Sequence record: AB897757.1
Length of the DNA: 64,000 bases
Reading direction: 5' to 3' (one strand)
Source: Klebsiella phage K64-1
The translations under genes were made by a program, and so were the position numbers. This document shows, piece by piece, positions 57,367-64,000 of this stretch (the first letter of the stretch is position 1; every line of letters begins with the position of its first letter). The notes under the pieces were generated by a model. That model had not been told where the DNA came from. It did not search any database and saw only the letters and a program-made list of their open reading frames with translations.

Positions 57367-58101
57367 ATGGGTACTTATATACTAAAACATACGTTGTTTG
57401 ATAATCAGATAAACAAAGGATATACTTATCTTCCATCTTGTATCATTGAACTTTATAAAGAAACAGAAAATAATTCATTTCTGAGTATTCGTTATCAGGG
57501 AAAATATGATAATAAGGTAAAAATAAAAAATGAACTGATTATTGATGATTTAATTAAACAAAACATCATTACACAAGATATTCTATCTGAACTGTTTATT
57601 GACAGATTTTTATTGAATGCATCCAAAACATTATCATCCTCAGTCAAGTCTATACTGAACACCGATAACAGAACTATTTGTATTAACCCGTTTCTGGTGA
57701 AAGAGTTTTTGAAATACAAAAAACAATATAACATTGATATTAATAATACGATACTTAATAATGCAATGCTTGAAAATGTTAAGTATGAATTCATGGAAGT
57801 GGTAACGTATAACAATTCACATGTAGGTAAAACTGCAAAACAAATTAGCAAAACTTCTGAAGAAAAACGATTCACATCTTTACTTGATGATAATTTTATT
57901 GATTACGATGGAATAGAAAAATATCTACCTTTGGTGTTTGATGTATTCAAATTTTCATTATCTGATAATGAATTCACCTCAAACGGTAGATTGAAACATA
58001 ATGGATATTATTATTCTAATAAAGCCAGAGTTATCAAATTCAGGATTAATGATGATTCATCCATTGAATATGTCAAATTATCAAATGAAGAAATTAAATA
58101 G
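57367..58101 (+). CDS. hypothetical protein
   Basis: 244-aa ORF, RBS aaaaaaggaaattttatATG. Confidence 0.4.
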   Translation: MGTYILKHTLFDNQINKGYTYLPSCIIELYKETENNSFLSIRYQGKYDNKVKIKNELIIDDLIKQNIITQDILSELFIDRFLLNASKTLSSSVKSILNTDNRTICINPFLVKEFLKYKKQYNIDINNTILNNAMLENVKYEFMEVVTYNNSHVGKTAKQISKTSEEKRFTSLLDDNFIDYDGIEKYLPLVFDVFKFSLSDNEFTSNGRLKHNGYYYSNKARVIKFRINDDSSIEYVKLSNEEIK

Positions 58102-58114
58102 ATTAATATCTTGT

Positions 58115-58122
58115 TATAAATA
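58115..58122 (+). promoter_or_regulatory. T4-type late promoter motif TATAAATA upstream of the tail fibre gene
   Basis: tataaata at 58115-58122, 32 nt before the ATG at 58154. Confidence 0.5.
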
Positions 58123-58153
58123 ATTAATATACATATCGAAAAGGATTTTAATA

Positions 58154-59941
58154 ATGAGTATTAGTTTTAATCACCCCCAGAATACTATAACTAGTACTGG
58201 AAATTCTGGATCATTAAATCTAGTGGTTCTTGGTGGTTCTCCTACAAACCCAAGACCAATACGTTTTAATTCTTCATCCGTTATTATGCCTGTGCAATCA
58301 CTACCCACAGGTGAAGCTGGTGCTATTGTTTTTGACAAAAGCACAAAAACCATGAAATATCATGATGGCTCTAACTGGGTTGAATTATTAAGTGCTTCCG
58401 ATGTTGTAGCACCCCTTAATGTTCAAATCAATAACATTATCAATTCAATGGGAACAAAAATTGATACTGTTAATTATTCAAGTGCTGCAATACCGATGGC
58501 TAGTATTAGTGGTACTAATTTGAATATAGTATTTCCCAATTCCAATCCAACTGTTGGTAGTACCGGATTGTATACCAGTGCAAAAACTGGTAGTATTATG
58601 TACTATAGTTTAGCGTCAGGCCAAACATATGCCAGTATTCGTGAACAAATGTCAGGAAAAACCAATGGTCAAAGTGGTAGAACCGGTTCTCAAACTTCTC
58701 CGTGGTTAACTTCAGATGGATGGTGTTTGGCTGATGGTATGTGGTGGACGTGGCAAGGAGAGAATGGTACAGTACTAAAACAAACACCAAACCTGAATCA
58801 AAGTGCATATTTTAAGGGTTTATCTTCTGGTGGAATTACAAAAACTGATTCACCAATTGGGCAAAGTGGTTCTCTTGATACCTATACATTCACAATCCCA
58901 GATCATTATCACGGTGTAGGACAAATGAATGGAAATTCTGGACCTACTGGTGACGATGGTTCATTTATATTTGGAAGATCTTGGAATGATGGAAATTCAT
59001 ATAGAGGACTTACTATTACTGGAGATCTCAACCGACGTGAAGAACGTTCGATTAATGGGAGTGATCCAAATATTGCATTGAGTACAACGAATTCTATTTA
59101 TTTAAATGCATCTCAACGTACAATTTCACACTCACATAACTTACAGAACTTCGACGTAGCACACTTCAATGTTGCAGTACTGTATAATATTGCTGAACCA
59201 AGCTTGGCATTATCGGAAAGTGTGGCAAATACAAAATTCGTACTAAAATCCGGTGATACTATGACTGGCAACTTGAATGTAGCCAACACTCTTAGAATCG
59301 CAGGTAATAGTACTAACATTCAGTTATATTTTACCAACTCTACTTTATCTGAAAGAGCAGCAATTTATCACCAAAGTACAACAAATACATTAAGACTGCG
59401 TTCAAATGGTGGTTCTGAAGTATATATTAATGGTGATGGTTCTCTGTATGTTCCAGGTTCCACAACCGTTACTGGTAATTTTGTATCACAAGGTTCCGCA
59501 ACTGTTTCTGGTAACATTATATCACAGGGTTCTGCAACAGTTTCTGGTAACATTACATCACAAGGTTCTGCAACTGTCTCTGGTAACATTACATCACAAG
59601 GTAGAAATGTAGTAAGAGCTATTAATGGGATAACTGCTGATGGTAATGGAAACTTAAATGTAACGAATTCTAGTGGTACTACTTCCGGCTGGCATAAAGA
59701 TGAAGGTACCGGTATTATCACACAATGGGGTTACATCCAAAGTACTGGTAATGATATCCATGTAAACTTTCCACGAACTTTCAGTTCAGCATGTTACTGT
59801 GTAACATTGGGTCAAATTTTCAACTCTCATGCTGACCAAGGACGAACTGCACGTTTATTAGCACCTGCGTCAGTTTCTGGATTTGATTTTTATATCGGTT
59901 CATCAGAAACTGGGTGTTACTGGCAAGCAATCGGTCGATAA
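58154..59941 (+). CDS. distal tail fibre / adhesin-like protein with internal 11-aa tandem repeats
   Basis: GEAGAIVFDKSTKTMKYHDGSNWVEL fibre-type motif; C-terminal domain ITQWGYIQSTG...; three SQGSATVSGNI(T/I) repeats. Confidence 0.55.
   Translation: MSISFNHPQNTITSTGNSGSLNLVVLGGSPTNPRPIRFNSSSVIMPVQSLPTGEAGAIVFDKSTKTMKYHDGSNWVELLSASDVVAPLNVQINNIINSMGTKIDTVNYSSAAIPMASISGTNLNIVFPNSNPTVGSTGLYTSAKTGSIMYYSLASGQTYASIREQMSGKTNGQSGRTGSQTSPWLTSDGWCLADGMWWTWQGENGTVLKQTPNLNQSAYFKGLSSGGITKTDSPIGQSGSLDTYTFTIPDHYHGVGQMNGNSGPTGDDGSFIFGRSWNDGNSYRGLTITGDLNRREERSINGSDPNIALSTTNSIYLNASQRTISHSHNLQNFDVAHFNVAVLYNIAEPSLALSESVANTKFVLKSGDTMTGNLNVANTLRIAGNSTNIQLYFTNSTLSERAAIYHQSTTNTLRLRSNGGSEVYINGDGSLYVPGSTTVTGNFVSQGSATVSGNIISQGSATVSGNITSQGSATVSGNITSQGRNVVRAINGITADGNGNLNVTNSSGTTSGWHKDEGTGIITQWGYIQSTGNDIHVNFPRTFSSACYCVTLGQIFNSHADQGRTARLLAPASVSGFDFYIGSSETGCYWQAIGR
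59486..59593 (+). repeat. three tandem 33-nt repeats (plus a partial fourth) inside the tail fibre gene
   Basis: tcacaaggttc(c/t)gcaac(t/a)gt(t/c)tctggtaacatt(a/t)(t/c)a repeated head to tail, encoding SQGSATVSGNI(I/T). Confidence 0.8.
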
Positions 59942-59947
59942 TTTTTT

Positions 59948-59977
59948 TTGAACGAAAATAACATATAACGATATAAT
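59948..59977 (+). promoter_or_regulatory. sigma70-type promoter TTGAAC - 18 nt - TATAAT
   Basis: ttgaac 59948-59953, tataat 59972-59977. Confidence 0.4.
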
Positions 59978-59981
59978 TAAA

Positions 59982-60010
59982 GCATCTGACACACAGTCAG
60001 GTGCTTTTTA
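59982..60010 (+). terminator. hairpin with T5 run (terminator/attenuator) immediately downstream of the promoter
   Basis: gcatctgac-acaca-gtcaggtgc (one G-U pair) followed by ttttt. Confidence 0.45.
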
Positions 60011-60039
60011 TATAATAATGACAAAGAAGGAAATTAATT

Positions 60040-60333
60040 ATGGCTAAACATGAAGACAAAGTACAAATTGAAGATCTAAATAATGAACAACGCAAACGTC
60101 TTAGTGACGGTCTGAACAATGCAGTAGTTCAACTTACTTTTATTGATGATACCAAAGCCTCACTGAAAGATTTTATTGATTCACTGGCTGACGAACTCGG
60201 TATCGATGCAAGTGATATCAAACAAGCCGCCAATACTATCTATAAACAAAACTTCTTCGATAAATCCAGTAAGCATGATAAAATCGAAACTATTCTAAGT
60301 ATTACTGGTAATCTTCCACAAGCCGACGATTAA
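60040..60333 (+). CDS. hypothetical protein
   Basis: 97-aa ORF, RBS aagaaggaaattaattATG. Confidence 0.4.
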   Translation: MAKHEDKVQIEDLNNEQRKRLSDGLNNAVVQLTFIDDTKASLKDFIDSLADELGIDASDIKQAANTIYKQNFFDKSSKHDKIETILSITGNLPQADD

Positions 60334-60346
60334 TACATTATAAATA

Positions 60347-60372
60347 AAAGCCTCCTTTTCTGGAGGCTTTTT
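60347..60372 (+). terminator. rho-independent terminator/operator hairpin upstream of DNA polymerase
   Basis: gcctcc-ttttct-ggaggc followed by a T5 run; preceded by a TATAAATA motif at 60339-60346. Confidence 0.6.
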
Positions 60373-60408
60373 CTATCTGTTAAGTGCAATTAAAAATAAG
60401 GAAATTTA

Positions 60409-63400
60409 ATGTATATTGATGCATATATGGAACGAAAACGTAGTGGTGATGTGTTGCATGTAGTAGAACGAAAAAATGGAAAGCGTATTCTACGAGAATT
60501 ACAACCACTATATGAGTATTATGTAGAAAATGTTAATGGTAATCACAAAACCATTTATGGTACTAAAGCAGAAAAACTGGAATTCGATACTGCATCTGAA
60601 CTAAAACGAAGTATAGAAAAAAATGTAGCAAATGGAATCAGAACATTTGAAGGTAAATTCAATGTTGTATTCAAAACACTTGCTCAATATTATATGGGTA
60701 CTGAATCACCAGATTTAAACATTGTATTCTTCGATATAGAAACTGATTTTCATAAGAAATTTGGTTATGCATCTCCATCTAATCCCTTTAATCGTGTAAC
60801 AGCCATTTCATTATATCAGTCATGGACAGGTAAAGATTATGTACTTACCCTTGCTCCAGAAGATATGACAACAACAGAAGCACAGGATATTGTCAATAAA
60901 CTAAATGCGGAAACTAATGATCCAAATTCAAGTGTAATTCTTTATACTGATGAAAAGGAAATGTTCATGGATTTCTTTAGTCTAATTGATGATAGTGATG
61001 TATTATCTGGATGGAATAGTGAATTTTTTGATATTCCTTACATGATTAACAGAACCAAAATTATCTTCAATGAAGCCATGACTGCTCGTTGGTGTTTATG
61101 GAATAAAAAACCAATTGCACGTGAAGCGGATAACTTTGGTAAATTGGTACAGACTTATGATTTGGTTGGTCGAGTTCATCTTGATTATCTTGCTCTTTAT
61201 AAGAAACACGCTGCTCAGGTAGAGCAATCGTATAAACTTGATTATATCGCAGAAAAAATCACAAAAGAAAATAAAGTACAGTACGAAGGATCTCTGGATA
61301 AATTATATAGAGAAGATTATATGACTTTCCTTCGATATTCTAAACAGGATAGCATTCTTCTCAAAAAAATCGATTCTATTCTTGACTATATTAGTCTGCA
61401 TAACCGACTTGCACATAAAGAATGTGTTCTCATCAAAACTACTATGGGTTCAGTAGCACTGATTGACACTTCAATTATCAATCTAGCACACAAACGTGGT
61501 GAAGTGGTATTTGATAAAAAAGAAGAGGTTGAAATTGATCCAGAACTTGAGTACTATGATGGATACGATGATGATGAAGACAATAATGATTCAAAACTCA
61601 GTGCAAAAGCAGCAGGTGCATGGGTACAAGACCCAATATTAGGATTAGTTGAATACTTGGGTTGTACTGACTTTAACTCACTTTACCCAACTGTACTTCG
61701 AACTCTAGGAATGAGTACTGAATGTATTCTTGGGCAAATTAGACAAGATTATACAGAAAAATACTTAGAAGAACGTATATCTGAACAAAAAGCAAAGTCT
61801 AAATCAAAATCATTTGAACCGGAGTGGACAGCAGCATGGCATGGTTTATTCGCCGCCGTGGAGTTTACGATGGTACATGAAAGAAGTGAAAAACTACTGA
61901 CTATTGATTTAGAAGATGGTAGTTCTTTCCAGGCAACGGGTTCACAGTTATATGATATTATATTCAGTCCAGAAAGTACTATTGTACTTAGTGCAAATGG
62001 AACACTATTTGATAAATCAAAATATGGTGTTATTCCAGATATCCTAACGCAATGGTATTCTGAGCGTAAAGCCCAGCAAAAAATGGTAATTGATTATAAA
62101 CATATGGCTTCAGATGGTTGGGAAATTCCATCACCTGATATTGTTCAAAATATGTTTTCACAATTCAGTACTAAATCATACTATAAAACAAACCTTCATG
62201 AAGAAGATCCAGTATATCTTCTACGTAAAGCTATAGGTGATAATAATCTTGAAGAAATTTCTCGTCTTATTGTAGAAAATAATTTAGTACTAAAAGATGG
62301 ACGTATTTTTTGTTCAGATGAGGATAAAAAATATTTCAAACAACAAAGTGCTTTCTGGAAACAAAACCAACAAATTCGTAAAATTCTTCTAAACAGTCTT
62401 TATGGTGCACTATTGAACAAAGGAAGTACTTTCTTTGATAAACGACTTGGACAATCAGTAACACTAACTGGCCGCTCAATGACAAAACACATGGCAAGTC
62501 GCATTAATGAAATTACTACTGGGGTTTATAATCACACTGGTGGTAGTGTTATATATGGTGATACCGATTCTGTGTACTTCAGCGTTGTTCATTATTTAAA
62601 AGAACAAAACATTCCATGTGATCTAAGTAAAGAAGAGATTGTGGATATGTATATAAAAATTGGCGATGAAGTGGGTGAATCTTTTCCTGAATTTATGGAC
62701 AAAATGTTCAATACTGGAATTGAAAAAGGTAAAATTGTAGGTGCTGATCTGGAAATGGTTGGCTCCCGAGGGCTGTTCCTTAAAAAGAAACGTTATGCTA
62801 TACTGAAATATTGGGAAGATGGGTTCCGTAAAGATGTTGATGGTAAACCTGGTGAAATCAAAGCAATGGGGCTTGAGATTAAGCGTTCAGATACACCAAA
62901 ATACATCCAGAACTTCCTTGAAGAGACTTTAATGGCATTACTGGTAGGGGAGTCCGAGAGTGAATTAAAACAGCGTGTACGTGATTTTAAGGCGGTATTT
63001 AAGGACAAACCAGCACACGAAAAGGGTTCGCCTAGAACAGTGAAAAATTATTCAAACCTTGAAGCTGATTTTAAAAATACTGGTAAATGTCATGTAGGTC
63101 ACGTCCTCGCTGGTATTCAATGGAATATGTTACGCAATGCATATGATGATAAAACTGTGCCAGAAGTTACTGATGGTACTAAAGTGATTGTATGTGATTT
63201 GAAACCAAATCCACTTGGAATTACTAAAATTGGTTATCCAATTGATTGTGTTGAGTACTTACCTGAGTGGTTCCTTGAATTACCGTTCGATACAGATAAA
63301 ATGGAAGAAATTATCTTAACTAAAAAACTGGATAATATCTTTGGTATTCTTGATATGGATATTGGTATTCATGAAAAAAGTACTGCACAGGATTTTGGAT

Positions 63401-63411
63401 TTTTCTCGTAA
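60409..63411 (+). CDS. gp43: family B DNA polymerase (gp43-like), exonuclease plus polymerase domains
   Basis: Exo I FFDIETD, Exo II-like YSKQDS, Pol motifs NSLYG (motif A region), KILLNSLYGAL and YGDTDS (motif C); 1000 aa. Confidence 0.9.
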   Translation: MYIDAYMERKRSGDVLHVVERKNGKRILRELQPLYEYYVENVNGNHKTIYGTKAEKLEFDTASELKRSIEKNVANGIRTFEGKFNVVFKTLAQYYMGTESPDLNIVFFDIETDFHKKFGYASPSNPFNRVTAISLYQSWTGKDYVLTLAPEDMTTTEAQDIVNKLNAETNDPNSSVILYTDEKEMFMDFFSLIDDSDVLSGWNSEFFDIPYMINRTKIIFNEAMTARWCLWNKKPIAREADNFGKLVQTYDLVGRVHLDYLALYKKHAAQVEQSYKLDYIAEKITKENKVQYEGSLDKLYREDYMTFLRYSKQDSILLKKIDSILDYISLHNRLAHKECVLIKTTMGSVALIDTSIINLAHKRGEVVFDKKEEVEIDPELEYYDGYDDDEDNNDSKLSAKAAGAWVQDPILGLVEYLGCTDFNSLYPTVLRTLGMSTECILGQIRQDYTEKYLEERISEQKAKSKSKSFEPEWTAAWHGLFAAVEFTMVHERSEKLLTIDLEDGSSFQATGSQLYDIIFSPESTIVLSANGTLFDKSKYGVIPDILTQWYSERKAQQKMVIDYKHMASDGWEIPSPDIVQNMFSQFSTKSYYKTNLHEEDPVYLLRKAIGDNNLEEISRLIVENNLVLKDGRIFCSDEDKKYFKQQSAFWKQNQQIRKILLNSLYGALLNKGSTFFDKRLGQSVTLTGRSMTKHMASRINEITTGVYNHTGGSVIYGDTDSVYFSVVHYLKEQNIPCDLSKEEIVDMYIKIGDEVGESFPEFMDKMFNTGIEKGKIVGADLEMVGSRGLFLKKKRYAILKYWEDGFRKDVDGKPGEIKAMGLEIKRSDTPKYIQNFLEETLMALLVGESESELKQRVRDFKAVFKDKPAHEKGSPRTVKNYSNLEADFKNTGKCHVGHVLAGIQWNMLRNAYDDKTVPEVTDGTKVIVCDLKPNPLGITKIGYPIDCVEYLPEWFLELPFDTDKMEEIILTKKLDNIFGILDMDIGIHEKSTAQDFGFFS

Positions 63412-63423
63412 TGATGGTGATAT

Positions 63424-63786
63424 ATGTTTGAAGATGAAATTCAAAGGAATAATGAATTGTATGAAGAGTATAAAAAAATGAAATCTGAAACAAAACAAAA
63501 GAACATTAACATAAGAATTACAGAATGTCTAATGAGTAATACTATCGATTCAGTACTGGCATATGATGCAATAGATGAGGACATTCTAACCAAGAATGGT
63601 TTCGTTAGAACAGGAACTATTTCTTTGTGTAATGAGATTGTTGGTGTTTATAGAAACCCAGTAAATAAAAAAACTTTTACTATAGAAATTGGTGATGATG
63701 TAGAACATCCATCAAATTTCATTGAAAAGGTTAACAATGAAATAATTAAAAAATCAGATAAACACTATCTGTACAACTGGAAATAA
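63424..63786 (+). CDS. hypothetical protein (RegA-sized; candidate only by size and position after gene 43)
   Basis: 120-aa ORF directly after the polymerase; no convincing motif match. Confidence 0.3.
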   Translation: MFEDEIQRNNELYEEYKKMKSETKQKNINIRITECLMSNTIDSVLAYDAIDEDILTKNGFVRTGTISLCNEIVGVYRNPVNKKTFTIEIGDDVEHPSNFIEKVNNEIIKKSDKHYLYNWK

Positions 63787-63900
63787 TTATTTTTTTTATT
63801 AAAAAATCTGAACAAGACAAGCATTTGTGATAAAATGCTTGTGTTGGAAAAGCAAAGAAACAACGATTAAATTTATAAAATAACAAAGAGGAATTAAATA

Positions 63901-64000
63901 TGGATCTACGCAGTGTACTACGCGATCTGATGAACACTACTTCTAGTATGAATTTTGATAAAATTTCCATTACTAAAGAAGATCGTGGTGATGGTGAAAA
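63901..64000 (+). CDS. 5' end of a gp45-like sliding clamp gene (partial, runs off the window)
   Basis: MDLRSVLRDLMNTTSSMNFDKISI parallels T4 gp45 N-terminus MKLSKDTTALLKNFATINSGIML (from memory); RBS aagaggaattaaatATG. Confidence 0.35.

Noticed and set aside
60409-63411. Intein or intron in the DNA polymerase or in td
   Set aside because: Both ORFs are continuous, and their sizes match family norms (1000 aa and 309 aa). They contain no homing-endonuclease-like insert.

Overview
This window reads as a segment of a large, AT-rich T4-like myovirus genome (Straboviridae-like). Most calls rest on motif-level similarity to T4 proteins recalled from memory, plus synteny; no database search was possible.

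From start to end the window contains:
- an early block with sigma70-type promoters;
- a MoxR/CobS-like AAA+ ATPase paired with a vWA protein carrying an HExxH motif;
- a five-gene operon ending in thymidylate synthase;
- tail-fiber-like genes, including a collagen-like modular protein;
- a Nudix hydrolase and gp15-like/gp14-like neck genes;
- a plus-strand ClpA-like double-AAA+ unfoldase inserted into the late block;
- a long minus-strand baseplate block: two giant ORFs of 1662 and 1626 aa, a 1154-aa gp6-like protein, gp25, lysozyme e, a gp5-like central spike with M23 peptidase and C-terminal lysozyme domains, a 777-aa hub-like protein and a gp53-like protein;
- late sigma factor gp55, the gp47/gp46 recombination nuclease, and endonuclease VII;
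- two paralogous proteins with zinc-ribbon repeats and a C-terminal GIY-YIG domain;
- a head module (portal gp20, prohead protease gp21, scaffold gp22, major capsid gp23);
- a distal tail fibre, DNA polymerase gp43, and the start of a gp45-like clamp.

Many rho-independent terminators are visible, often bidirectional. T4-type late promoter motifs (TATAAATA) are also present.

Five observations stand out:
1. The ClpA-like gene is split across two frames at a C_CCA_AAT heptamer.
2. The major capsid gene is split by a +1 frame change.
3. The two giant baseplate ORFs are in the same frame, separated only by a single TGA.
4. A ~780-nt structured noncoding island with 36-nt and 83-nt direct repeats sits next to the lysozyme gene, where T4 carries its tRNA/stable-RNA cluster.
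5. The gp5-like spike has an unusual domain order: OB fold, beta-helix, M23 peptidase, then GH24 lysozyme at the C-terminus.
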